53,153 bases of DNA from a virus (Duplodnaviria; Caudoviricetes). Under the pieces are notes generated by a model that was given only the letters and a program-made list of their open reading frames with translations, searched no databases and was not told where the DNA came from. This document shows, one piece after another, positions 1 through 9,237 of the stretch. Made by a program: the position numbers and the translations under genes. The DNA lies in IMG/VR virus record IMGVR_UViG_3300022591_000013, positions 1-53,153 of that record. One strand, written 5' to 3'. How positions within the stretch are numbered: the first letter of the stretch is position 1; every line of letters starts with the position of its first letter.

Positions 1-99
1 GGTGGTTGAGATCCACCCGCAGATGTTGATCAGCTTCTTCTACAAGAAGCTCCTCGACCCGTTCATTCCATATTTCGACTATGGCAAGCCCAGGTCAAT
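1..99. repeat. Terminal direct repeat, identical to 53055-53153 (circular assembly overlap)
   Basis: First 99 nt (ggtggttgag...caggtcaat) are identical to the last 99 nt, and an ORF reads through the junction. Confidence 0.97.
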
Positions 100-910
100 G
101 CAGTTCATCCTCGACAGCGGCGCATTCTCAGCACGCAATAGTGGGAAGGATATTGACCTGGACGAATATTGTGCGTTCCTGCATAACACCATCGAGTATT
201 GGGATCACTATGTGAATCTCGACGTCATTCCAGGAACCGGAGGCAGAGAGGTCACTGAAGCAGAGATCGACCGCGCAGCATCACTGGGATGGGAGAACTA
301 CAAGTACATGAAGGCGGACGGTCTGGATCCCATTCCCGTGTATCACTACGGCGAGCCGCGCAAGTGGCTGCACAACATGCTTGATGCAGGCTGTGACTAC
401 ATAGGTCTGGGAGGCATGGTAGGGCTTGACGGGACTGGCAGGAAGAGGTGGCTGGATAGCGTCTTCCGAGATATCACGGACGTCCATGGCAACGTGCTAG
501 TGAAGACACACGGTTTTGGCATGACCGCAGTGCCGCTCATGCTGCGATATCCGTGGTACAGCGTCGATAGCATCTCGTGGAAGATTCTCACGATCAACGG
601 GTACGTGGATGTGCCGCGCCTCGACGACAACGGGAAGTTCAGGTTCGACGTGCCATCGCGCACCTTCACGGTGTCGACACAGCACTCCCATTTCAAGCAG
701 CAGGGGAAGCACGCAACGCACGCAGGTATAACTGACAAGGAGGTCATAGAGCGATGGCTTGAGCATTGCGGCGTGACGTGGGGAGAGGTGGCAGAAGACT
801 ACACCGCACGTGCCCGCTGCAATCTAATTCTGTACAGCAGTTTCGCGAAGCACAAAAAGGAAGCAGGCGTCGTTGGCGCCCGCTTTGTCCAGGAATCATT
901 CTTCGACTAG
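2..910 (+). CDS. dpdA: DpdA/TGT-like DNA-guanine transglycosylase, paralogue B (3' part; true start ATG 53014 across the circular junction, about 316 aa)
   Basis: TGT-barrel-like motifs ILDSGAFS, LDVIP, PIPVYHYGE, YIGLGG, HGFG, PWYSVDS; lies at the end of the folE-queC-queC-dpdA run. Confidence 0.8.
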   Translation: MVEIHPQMLISFFYKKLLDPFIPYFDYGKPRSMQFILDSGAFSARNSGKDIDLDEYCAFLHNTIEYWDHYVNLDVIPGTGGREVTEAEIDRAASLGWENYKYMKADGLDPIPVYHYGEPRKWLHNMLDAGCDYIGLGGMVGLDGTGRKRWLDSVFRDITDVHGNVLVKTHGFGMTAVPLMLRYPWYSVDSISWKILTINGYVDVPRLDDNGKFRFDVPSRTFTVSTQHSHFKQQGKHATHAGITDKEVIERWLEHCGVTWGEVAEDYTARARCNLILYSSFAKHKKEAGVVGARFVQESFFD

Positions 911-921
911 GAGCAACAGCA

Positions 922-1986
922 ATGAGCGACATCAACCGAGAGCACCTTCTTCAATCACTGAACTTGGCCAAGGCAGCAGTCGCCGGTCAAGCCTATGTGC
1001 CAGCACTCACCCACTTCGCCTTTGATGGCTGGGGGGTGCTCGCATATAACGACGTCTCTGCCATCGGCATACACGCGCCCATTGACATGCCTGTGTGCCT
1101 TCCTGCCGAGATGCTGATCAAGACGTTGAACAGCATGACTGCCGAGAGCATCCTGATCACCGAGACGGGCGAGGATGCAGTCGTGGTGGCAGCAGGCAGA
1201 TCCAAGGTGAAGATCCCGTTCCTGCCGCTTAACTCATTCCCGTTCGAGTTCCCGCCGGTGTGCTATGACGACGGGTTCATTGTCACTGCCGATATGCTGA
1301 AGGGCATTGAGAAATGCCTGGTCGGGGTTGGCACAGATCCGACGCACCCAGCGCAGATGGGAGTCACCCTCGAGGCCACCGAGTTCGGATGCGTCCTGTA
1401 CTCCACGGACAACTTCACGATCTCCCGCTACAAGTCGAAGTCGCACATCAAGCTCCCGGGCAATGTGCCGATCATCCTGCCTGCATTCTTCTGTAACCAA
1501 ATGCTGGCGCTGGCCAAGGCATTCATGGACGAGGAGATTGCCGTAGGGCTCCCCAAGGGGGCAATCTGTGCCAACTTCGGCGGGCAGGCGATGCTATTCA
1601 CGAAACTGCTGGTGGATCTCGAGCCACTCGACTTCGCGCGCCTGTTCAGCAAGTATCTTCAGGGAGCAGGTACGGACGACGCCGCGGAGATTCCCAACGG
1701 ATTCGAGTCGGCACTAGACCGCGCCCTGCTGATCCTCTCGACCGAGATGGACAAGGCCACCAATATCAGCGTCGCCGGCGGCAAGATGCGACTGTTCTCA
1801 TCCTCCGGCCAAGGCGAGGCGACGGACCTGTTGGCATTCGAGCACCCCGACACGGATTCGTTCCTAGCAGACCCCGCCCTGGTATCGCGTGCGTCCAAGA
1901 CCTGCCGCAAGATGAAACTTCTTGAGAAGGTCATGCTGCTTACGGATGGGCAGTTCCTGCACCTCATCGCACACTGCTCCGTCTAG
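922..1986 (+). CDS. dnaN: DNA polymerase III beta-type sliding clamp
   Basis: 354 aa; N-terminus INREHLLQSLNLAKAAV...VPALTHF, internal LYSTDNFTIS (cf. the ATDxxRL clamp motif); GGAG RBS; next to polymerase and clamp loader. Confidence 0.8.
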   Translation: MSDINREHLLQSLNLAKAAVAGQAYVPALTHFAFDGWGVLAYNDVSAIGIHAPIDMPVCLPAEMLIKTLNSMTAESILITETGEDAVVVAAGRSKVKIPFLPLNSFPFEFPPVCYDDGFIVTADMLKGIEKCLVGVGTDPTHPAQMGVTLEATEFGCVLYSTDNFTISRYKSKSHIKLPGNVPIILPAFFCNQMLALAKAFMDEEIAVGLPKGAICANFGGQAMLFTKLLVDLEPLDFARLFSKYLQGAGTDDAAEIPNGFESALDRALLILSTEMDKATNISVAGGKMRLFSSSGQGEATDLLAFEHPDTDSFLADPALVSRASKTCRKMKLLEKVMLLTDGQFLHLIAHCSV

Positions 1987-2009
1987 CACTCGCCCTCAGG
2001 GAGAGTGCT

Positions 2010-4610
2010 GTGGGGTTCTTTTACAACGGGACGCGCGGGCAGGCGAAGAAGGCCACTCCGGATAGCAGGCGTATCCCGATCGACACAATGCAGAGGATGG
2101 GCTGTGACGCCTGTCCTCTGGACAAGGCGAAGCTGACGACTCCGAAGATGTCTCCTTCCGGCACGGAGCGCCCGCTGATCTACGTGCTGGGCGAGGCACC
2201 AGGGGAGAATGAAGACCTCGAGGGCGAGCCGTTCGTTGGCAAGTCTGGCCGACTGCTTCGATCGCAGTTCCCCGCCTCGGTTCTCAGGCGCGACGTTCGC
2301 ATAAGCAACACGATACGCTGCCGCCCTCCGGAGAACAGAACTCCGGAGATGCCTGAGATCGAATGCTGCCGCCTCAAGGGCCAAGAGGATATAGAGCGGA
2401 CTGCACCGAAGGTCATCGTCGGGACGGGCAACATCCCGCTCAACTGGGCGACGGGGCTTTCGTCTGTCACTGCCTGGCGCGGCAAGCTGATCGCCACTAA
2501 GATCGGCAACCACCCGTGTTGGTACTATCCCGTTCTACACCCGTCGTTTGTACTGCGTAAGCAAAGCAAGTATCGCAAGAGCGAGTTCGAGCTTTGCCTT
2601 GAGCACGACATCGGGTGGATCCTTGACAATGCAGAGCGACTTCCCAATGCCAAGGTGCATGAGGCCCCCTACGATCGCGGCATAGAGATCATCGAAGGCC
2701 AAACCCTAGCTGACTTCAACCGACTGGAGGACATTCTCAATGAGCTTGCGAAGGAACCCAGTGTTGCGATCGACCTTGAAACAGGAGATGGAAAGACAGG
2801 GCTGGGATGCCTGCGACCCTACGTGGATGATCCAAAGATTTTCACGTGCTCTATTGGGACATTCGATAGGGTGGCTGCGTTTCCGATGGATCACCCGCAG
2901 GGATGGAACAGCAGTCTTCGTCGCAGAGTCTGGGCACTTGTTGCGGAGTTCTTACTGTCATCTCGGCGCAAGATCGCCCATCACCTTGGATTCGAGCTTG
3001 AGTGGCTCACCTACTTCTACGGGCGGGAGCTTGCGAATCTGACCGAGTGGGAGGACACGATGGCCCAGGCGCATACGCTCGACGAGCGCATCGGAACCCT
3101 GAGCCTGGACGACCTCACTCGGCAGCATTTCGGGTTCTTCTTGAAAGCCCAGTCCAAGGTAGATCCAAAGCGGCTTCTCGAGTACCCCATCCGCGATGCA
3201 CTGCGCTACAACGGGATGGACTCGAAATGGACGCACCTGCTGTACGAGACGCAGCGGCCGCTGGTTGAGCGCGAGCCCAAGTTCATTCGGGAGTACGAAC
3301 GCAAGCTGAGACTTGAGCCCGCCCTAGTGCTGACACAACAGAAGGGCATCCTCGTTGATTTTGACTATGCCCGGGAGATGGAGACCAAGCTGGTCAAAGA
3401 CCTGGCGGGCATTGAGATGAAGCTGGAGAAGTGCCCCGAGATTGGCAAGTACAAAGCGCAGTTCGGAACGTTCCTGGCATCCTCACCTGACCACGTCCTG
3501 CGGTTGATGAAAGACGTATGCCACAGAGACGAGGTTCGCAAGGAGGAAGGCGGGCACACATCGGACGAAGCGGCGCTGTCGAAGATACCGGAGGGGGAGG
3601 TTCCGTCCGCCCCCTTGATCCTTGAGCACCGGTCCGTGATGAAGCTGGCTGGAACTTACATCCTGCCACTGCTGGCGGGCAGAAACGCGTACCGCGACGG
3701 CCGCATGCACCCGAAGTTCAGCAGCATGGTGGCGGTGACCGGACGCCTTGCATGCGAAGACCCCAACGCGCAGAACTATCCCAAGCGCAAGCACAAGGAG
3801 ATTCGCGGCGTTGTAGTTCCGCCGCCAGGCGAATGGATAGCAGCGGCCGACTATGGACAGCTAGAGGCCCGCGTTATCGGCATGGCAAGCCGGGATGATG
3901 CCTTGTGCAGGGCGCTATGGACGGGGTACGACATCCACGGCTTCTGGGCAAATCGTTTCATGGAGGAGTACCCGCGCATCAAGGATCGCATGATCAAGGA
4001 CTACAAGGTGGATGGTGACGATGCGAAGCTGATCCGCAAGAAGTTCCGAGACGAGATTAAGAACGGGTGGGTGTTCCCGCAGTTCTTCGGATCGGCAGTG
4101 CGGTCGTGTGCCCAGGCGTTGCAGGTTCCCGATATGATTGCCGAGGACTTGGGAAAGGAGTTTTGGGATGAGTTCAGGGGAGTGAAGAAGTGGCAGGACA
4201 AGCTCCTCAAAGACTATGAGAAGAACCTGTACGTCGAGACTCTGACCGGACGCAGGCGCCGCGGCCCGCAGTCTAAGAACGAGATCATCAATGCGCCAAT
4301 CCAGGGCACTGCTGCGGATATCGTGACGGAGTCCATGGCAGAGCTATCGGAGATGTCAGTCATCCTCGACGAGCTCGAGCTCCAACCGAACATCAATGTG
4401 CATGACGACCTGACCACCAACTTGCAGGATCCCGGACTGGAGGACCGCCTTGAGCAGATCGCCCTCGTTATGTGCAGGCACCGCTTCGACTTCATCAACG
4501 TGCCGCTGATCATCGAGTTCTCTGTCGGAGAGCGGTGGAATACGCTGCAAGAGATCGCTGTGTATCGCAGCAATGAGATGTATAGATTACCAAACCCCTA
4601 CGAGGCATGA
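2010..4610 (+). CDS. polA: Family A DNA polymerase with N-terminal family-4 uracil-DNA-glycosylase-like domain and 3'-5' exonuclease domain
   Basis: UDG-4 motifs CDACPL, GEAPG, CRPPENRTP, HPSF; exonuclease DLET and YNGMD; polymerase TGRL, motif A ADYGQLEARV, NAPIQGTAAD, motif C VHDD. Confidence 0.93.
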   Translation: MGFFYNGTRGQAKKATPDSRRIPIDTMQRMGCDACPLDKAKLTTPKMSPSGTERPLIYVLGEAPGENEDLEGEPFVGKSGRLLRSQFPASVLRRDVRISNTIRCRPPENRTPEMPEIECCRLKGQEDIERTAPKVIVGTGNIPLNWATGLSSVTAWRGKLIATKIGNHPCWYYPVLHPSFVLRKQSKYRKSEFELCLEHDIGWILDNAERLPNAKVHEAPYDRGIEIIEGQTLADFNRLEDILNELAKEPSVAIDLETGDGKTGLGCLRPYVDDPKIFTCSIGTFDRVAAFPMDHPQGWNSSLRRRVWALVAEFLLSSRRKIAHHLGFELEWLTYFYGRELANLTEWEDTMAQAHTLDERIGTLSLDDLTRQHFGFFLKAQSKVDPKRLLEYPIRDALRYNGMDSKWTHLLYETQRPLVEREPKFIREYERKLRLEPALVLTQQKGILVDFDYAREMETKLVKDLAGIEMKLEKCPEIGKYKAQFGTFLASSPDHVLRLMKDVCHRDEVRKEEGGHTSDEAALSKIPEGEVPSAPLILEHRSVMKLAGTYILPLLAGRNAYRDGRMHPKFSSMVAVTGRLACEDPNAQNYPKRKHKEIRGVVVPPPGEWIAAADYGQLEARVIGMASRDDALCRALWTGYDIHGFWANRFMEEYPRIKDRMIKDYKVDGDDAKLIRKKFRDEIKNGWVFPQFFGSAVRSCAQALQVPDMIAEDLGKEFWDEFRGVKKWQDKLLKDYEKNLYVETLTGRRRRGPQSKNEIINAPIQGTAADIVTESMAELSEMSVILDELELQPNINVHDDLTTNLQDPGLEDRLEQIALVMCRHRFDFINVPLIIEFSVGERWNTLQEIAVYRSNEMYRLPNPYEA

Positions 4611-4611
4611 A

Positions 4612-4806
4612 ATGCCCTACGCAGACCGCTGGCTCATCTTGCACCCCGAGAGCGATAGCCTGTTCGAGATCCACGACCATAGAGTTCTGCGCCAGTGCCT
4701 TCGTGATGGATGCCAAGACGTCACTGGCATCGAAGACTGGGAGCATATGTTCAAGAGGTACGGGAAGTTCTACATTAAACCGAGAAGGAAGCTGATCCAT
4801 GAGTAA
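4612..4806 (+). CDS. Hypothetical protein (64 aa)
   Basis: Fills the gap between pol and clamp loader; GAGG upstream. Confidence 0.6.
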   Translation: MPYADRWLILHPESDSLFEIHDHRVLRQCLRDGCQDVTGIEDWEHMFKRYGKFYIKPRRKLIHE

Positions 4807-5740
4807 CACAGACCCGCTGCATATCAAGTATCGCCCTGCCAACTTGAAGGAGGTTGTCGGGCAGAAGGACGTTGTGTCGTCCTTGCAGGCAATGATCAAG
4901 AGCAAGTCGCGCGCCCATTCGTTCCTATTCACTGGGCCAAGCGGCTGCGGCAAGACAACCCTCGCCCGAATCATCGCATCAGAGTTTGGCTGCGACCGCT
5001 CCAACATCGTTGAGGCGGATGCCGCAACCAACAACGGAATCGACGACATGCGAGGCATAACGGAGACGCTCCGCTACGCAGGATTCGGCGACTCCCCCAA
5101 CAAGATGGTCATCATCGACGAATGCCATGCACTCAGCAAGGCGGCATGGCAATCGCTGCTCAAGGCCGTGGAGGAGCCGCCGCCGCACGTCTTCTTCGCG
5201 TTCTGCACTACGGACCCAGGCAAGGTGCCGGAGACGATCAAGACCCGCTGCTTGAGCTACAACGTCAAGCCCTTGAAATACGACGACATGATGGACCTGC
5301 TTGAGGCAGTCGCTGACGATGAACGGCTTGACGTGACGAAGGCACTGCTGGGAACAGTAGCCAGGGCCAGCGACGGCTCCCCGCGGCGGGCATTGGTACA
5401 GCTTGCAATGGTGCTGGACTGCAATAGCGATGCCGAGGTGCAGACGCTACTCGAGCAGCCATTCGAGAACAAGGAGATCATCGACCTCTGCCGCAAGATG
5501 ATCGAGCGCGACCTGCAATGGAAAGACGCGGTCAAGGTGCTAGGCGACATGACCGAGATGGCGCCCGAGTCGATCCGCATCGTCGTGACCAACTACGTCG
5601 CCGGATGCCTCATGCGGCCCAAGTCGGAGAAGGACGTGCCGCGGTTGCTGGATGTACTGCACGCCTTCAGCAAGCCCTGCAACCCAACCGACAAGCTGGC
5701 GCCCATCCTTCTCGCGATGGGCCAGGTGCTCTACGACTAG
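4799..5740 (+). CDS. dnaX: Clamp loader AAA+ ATPase (DnaX gamma/tau-like)
   Basis: KYRP...VVGQ, Walker A GPSGCGKTT, Walker B IIDECHAL, LLKAVEEPP, TIKTRC, GSPR. Confidence 0.92.
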   Translation: MSNTDPLHIKYRPANLKEVVGQKDVVSSLQAMIKSKSRAHSFLFTGPSGCGKTTLARIIASEFGCDRSNIVEADAATNNGIDDMRGITETLRYAGFGDSPNKMVIIDECHALSKAAWQSLLKAVEEPPPHVFFAFCTTDPGKVPETIKTRCLSYNVKPLKYDDMMDLLEAVADDERLDVTKALLGTVARASDGSPRRALVQLAMVLDCNSDAEVQTLLEQPFENKEIIDLCRKMIERDLQWKDAVKVLGDMTEMAPESIRIVVTNYVAGCLMRPKSEKDVPRLLDVLHAFSKPCNPTDKLAPILLAMGQVLYD

Positions 5741-5748
5741 GAGGCATC

Positions 5749-6246
5749 ATGGGAACCCGAGAGCCAATAAGCACGCTTGACGACTACCGCAGGCGGCTTC
5801 GCATAGAGAAGCACCAGCTGGACGATGAGCTCGAGCTGCAAGCCGAGCTTCTGCATAGCATCTCGGAGCACGTCGTCAGCGCGAAGTCGCGGGCACTTCA
5901 TGCCAAGGATCATCTGGAGCGCACCGAGGGCGACATCTACTCCGACGCCAAGCAGGACAACCCCAAGGCCACGGTTCCAGAGCTGCAAGGGATCACGCTG
6001 CGAGACCCCGACCGCATCAAGGCATTCGATCTGTATCAGCGGGCACGTGAGTCGCAGGAGTCGTGGGAGGGACTGCATGAAGCATGGCGGTCGCGCGGGT
6101 TCGCACTGCGCGCCCTAGTCGATCTTCGCCTTGCCAGCTACTACACCTCCGATAGCAGTGCAGCTGACGGGCGCAAGGCACTGAACCAAGCACGCCAGGC
6201 AGCACAGCAGCACAGCAGCACACCGAGGCGCCGCTCGGTTGTATAG
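5749..6246 (+). CDS. UvsY-like recombination mediator (coiled coil)
   Basis: Helical 165-aa protein ending ...WRSRGFALRALVDLRLASYY, located before the SSB and RecA genes. Confidence 0.5.
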   Translation: MGTREPISTLDDYRRRLRIEKHQLDDELELQAELLHSISEHVVSAKSRALHAKDHLERTEGDIYSDAKQDNPKATVPELQGITLRDPDRIKAFDLYQRARESQESWEGLHEAWRSRGFALRALVDLRLASYYTSDSSAADGRKALNQARQAAQQHSSTPRRRSVV

Positions 6247-6254
6247 TTTCCCAT

Positions 6255-6331
6255 GGGGGTGGACTTTGCTGATCCCAGCCAAAGCGGCGTCCTGGACAGC
6301 GTGAGGTCTCTCACACCTGTCTGCCCCCACC
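6255..6331 (+). ncRNA. Candidate structured RNA element in the SSB gene leader
   Basis: Closing stem GGGGGUG/UGCCCCC enclosing two hairpins; intergenic. Confidence 0.4.
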
Positions 6332-6361
6332 TCTAACCACACATCACACAGGAGCACTACC

Positions 6362-7498
6362 ATGAGCAGAGAAGAGCGCAGCAGGGGAAGCCGTGAGCGG
6401 GAAGATACCGGCGGCAGGAGTCGCGACAGTTCGCGCGGCGTTGGGCGCGACAGCCGTGACGATACGCGCAGCCGCCGCGGCGGTGGGTTCAAGTATCAGG
6501 AGCGGTCGCCCGACACTTACAAGAAGCGCGGCGAGCAGGGAGGCGGCGACTTCGACAAGTATCTGACGGACAGCATCAAGATGTTCAAGCCTGCGGACGG
6601 CGACAACATCATCCGCATCATGCCGCCGACGTGGGAAGGAGCCGAGCACTTCGGGCTGGACATTTACGTGCATTACGGAGTCGGGCCGGACTCGCAGACG
6701 TACCTCTGTACGCACAAGATGCAAAACAAGCCCTGTCCGATCTGCGACGAGCGCGAGAAGGCATCCAAGGACGGCGACGCAGAGTATGCGGACAAGCTGA
6801 AGCCCACCAAGCGCGTCCTGATCTACCTGATCGACCGCAACAACGAGAAGGACGGCCCGATCGTCTGGTCCATGCCTTGGACCATCGACCGCGACCTGTG
6901 CAAGCTGGTCGTTGACAAGCGCAGCGGCGAGATCCTGCCAATCGACAACCCCGAGAGCGGGTACGACATCAGCTTCGAGCGCAAGGGAAAGGGCGATCGT
7001 ACGCAGTACATCGGGCTGGCAGTGGCCCGCCGCGATTCCGACCTCGGTGATCCCAAGTGGCTCGACGAGATCCAGGAAAACCCGCTGGACAAAATCCTCC
7101 AGTTCTACGACTACGATCACGTCGCCAGCGTCTTCGGCGGCCGCAGTGCCAAGCGTTCCGGCAAGGAAACGGACTTGGACCGTGAGCAGGAGCGCGGACT
7201 GCGCGAAGTCGAGGACCGGGGCAACCGTGAGCGCAGTGCCCGCAGCCGTGAGCCCGAGCTCGACTGGGATGCGATCCACTCGATGAAGTTCGAAGAGATG
7301 TCAGCACTGATCGACGACAAGCGTCTTGACATCAATCCCGACGACTCGAAGGACGACGACGAGCTCGCCGACTGGATCTGCGAAGACCTGAAGATCGAGA
7401 AGGCAGCAGCATCGCGTCGCCGCGCCTCGGCAGACGACGACAGCAGCACGCGAGGCAAGATGGATCAGCTTCGCTCCCGCCGCACGCAGGTTGATTGA
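6362..7498 (+). CDS. Single-stranded DNA-binding protein (T4 gp32-like)
   Basis: GDNIIRIMPP, VHY, C..CPIC zinc-type motif, GYDISFERKG, acidic C-terminal region; AGGAG RBS. Confidence 0.8.
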   Translation: MSREERSRGSREREDTGGRSRDSSRGVGRDSRDDTRSRRGGGFKYQERSPDTYKKRGEQGGGDFDKYLTDSIKMFKPADGDNIIRIMPPTWEGAEHFGLDIYVHYGVGPDSQTYLCTHKMQNKPCPICDEREKASKDGDAEYADKLKPTKRVLIYLIDRNNEKDGPIVWSMPWTIDRDLCKLVVDKRSGEILPIDNPESGYDISFERKGKGDRTQYIGLAVARRDSDLGDPKWLDEIQENPLDKILQFYDYDHVASVFGGRSAKRSGKETDLDREQERGLREVEDRGNRERSARSREPELDWDAIHSMKFEEMSALIDDKRLDINPDDSKDDDELADWICEDLKIEKAAASRRRASADDDSSTRGKMDQLRSRRTQVD

Positions 7499-8538
7499 TC
7501 GTGGCCGTCGCTAAACCGCCCACGGTCCGCCGCAAGCGGGTCTCTGTCGACACGCCGGTAGCGAACTACTTCGCCTCCGGCACCGACAAGGACTTGCAGT
7601 TCATCTCGACGGGGTGCTCTGTCCTCGACTCGGTGCTCGGCGGCGGGTATGTGCTGGGCAGAGTCTGCAACATCGTCGGAGATAAGTCCAGCGGCAAGAC
7701 GCTACTGGCCATCGAGGCGTGCGCCAACTTTGCTCACCAGTATCCCGACGGGTTCATCCGGTACGCCGAGGCTGAGGCAGCATTCGACGAGCGGTACGCC
7801 GCTGCTCTAGGGATGCCCGTAGATCGCGTCGAGTTCGCGGATGACATCTTCACGATCGAAGACTTCTTCGAGGACTTGACGAAGGTTATGGACAAGCTGG
7901 GCGACCGCCCGTGCGTCTATGTCCTCGACTCTCTAGACGCGCTCTCCGATCGCGCAGAGCAGGCTCGCAAGATTGATGAAGGATCGTTCGGCATGACCAA
8001 GCAGAAGAAGCTGGGGGAGCTGTTCCGTCGTCTTGTGCAGCGTCTCGAGAAGTCGCGCGTGTTCCTGCTGGTCATCTCGCAGATACGGGACAAGATTGGC
8101 GTCAGCTTCGGAGAGACCAAGACGCGCAGCGGTGGCAAGTCGCTCGACTTCTACGCTAGCCAGGTGGTCTGGCTCTCGGAGATCGAGAAGATGAAGCGCA
8201 CGATCGACAAGGTAGATCGCGTCACGGGAGTCCGCGTCCGCGCCCGCTGCAAGAAGAACAAGATCGGCCTTCCGTTCCGCGAGTGTGAGTTCCCAATCCT
8301 GTTCGGGTACGGCGTCGACGACTTGACTGCTGCCGCCGAGTGGCTGATCGACGTCAATCGCGAGGACCGGCTCGCAGAGATCGGACTGAGCAAGGCGGGA
8401 TACAAGATCCGCATCGGCAACATCCGAGGCAAGGGCGGCGATGATGCACAACAGCTCCGGCAGCAGTTGAAGGATATCGTGGTCCAGGAGTGGTGCGCCA
8501 TCGAGACCAAGTTCCTGCCCACGTCAAGGAAATACTGA
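7495..8538 (+). CDS. recA: RecA/UvsX recombinase
   Basis: ISTGCSVLDSVLGGG, Walker A GDKSSGKT, VLDSL, ISQIRDKIG, SGGKSLDFYAS, KNKIG. Confidence 0.93.
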   Translation: MIVAVAKPPTVRRKRVSVDTPVANYFASGTDKDLQFISTGCSVLDSVLGGGYVLGRVCNIVGDKSSGKTLLAIEACANFAHQYPDGFIRYAEAEAAFDERYAAALGMPVDRVEFADDIFTIEDFFEDLTKVMDKLGDRPCVYVLDSLDALSDRAEQARKIDEGSFGMTKQKKLGELFRRLVQRLEKSRVFLLVISQIRDKIGVSFGETKTRSGGKSLDFYASQVVWLSEIEKMKRTIDKVDRVTGVRVRARCKKNKIGLPFRECEFPILFGYGVDDLTAAAEWLIDVNREDRLAEIGLSKAGYKIRIGNIRGKGGDDAQQLRQQLKDIVVQEWCAIETKFLPTSRKY

Positions 8539-8539
8539 C

Positions 8540-8674
8540 ATGGTCCCTCGCAAGCCAAGCCTATTGGAGAGCGCGGTGCGGGTGCTGTTATCCGCGCTGG
8601 CGCTGGGAGTCCTGTTCAGGATTCTCTGGGAGGCACTCAAGTTCGGTTGGTCACTGCTAGGAGTTGCACCGTGA
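8540..8674 (+). CDS. Small membrane protein (44 aa; not in the ORF track)
   Basis: MVPRKPSLLESAVRVLLSALALGVLFRILWEALKFGWSLLGVAP; fills the gap exactly and its stop overlaps the next GTG start (GTGA). Confidence 0.55.
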   Translation: MVPRKPSLLESAVRVLLSALALGVLFRILWEALKFGWSLLGVAP

Positions 8675-9237
8675 GAGCACTGCTTGTTGGTATCGACGCC
8701 GCCTTCTCCAATATGGGGTTCGCACGGATGCAGTTCGACAGCAACGAGAAGCCGATGCAGAACCTCCTGTCGCTGCACCTTGAATCCACCGAAGGCCAGC
8801 ACAAGAAGGAAGTCCGCAAGTCGAGCGACGACCTGCGTCGTGCCCGCCAGCTCTACCTCACTATGTGCAGGCAGTGCGAAGGGGCGCTCTTCGCGATAGC
8901 AGAGGTTCCTAGCGGGTCGCAGTCGTCCCGGGCTTCGTGGTCGCTTGGCATTGCGGTGGGGGTTCTTGCGTCCTGCCCGATCACGTTGCTTCAGGTCAGT
9001 CAGCTTGAAGTGAAGATGGCGTCGGTTGGCAAAAAGACGGCAAGCAAGGACGAGATGATCGAGTGGGCCATGTCGCGATATCCGCGTGCGGGATGGCTAC
9101 TGCATAAAGGACGGCCGGTCAAAGCGAACGAGCACCTCGCTGACGCCGTCGCAATCATACACGCTGGGATGCAGACTGATACCTTCAGGCTGGCGCTCCC
9201 AGTCTTTGAACGAAGCACCAGGGTGAAACTCAAATGA
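8671..9237 (+). CDS. ruvC: RuvC-like Holliday junction resolvase
   Basis: LVGIDAA..NMG, AIAEVP, EVKM...GKKTASKDEMI, HLADAVAI. Confidence 0.82.
   Translation: MRALLVGIDAAFSNMGFARMQFDSNEKPMQNLLSLHLESTEGQHKKEVRKSSDDLRRARQLYLTMCRQCEGALFAIAEVPSGSQSSRASWSLGIAVGVLASCPITLLQVSQLEVKMASVGKKTASKDEMIEWAMSRYPRAGWLLHKGRPVKANEHLADAVAIIHAGMQTDTFRLALPVFERSTRVKLK

Noticed and set aside
1-99. 99-bp terminal repeat as a biological direct terminal repeat
   Set aside because: The length matches a common assembler k-mer and it falls inside a gene that reads through the junction; best read as a circular-assembly overlap.
766-921. N-terminal extension of the clamp ORF given in the ORF track
   Set aside because: It overlaps the dpdA-B coding region; ATG 922 has an RBS and gives a clamp-sized protein.
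6255-6331. Canonical tRNA gene
   Set aside because: No T-loop (GTTC) or D-loop consensus and no clear anticodon arm; kept only as a structured-element finding.
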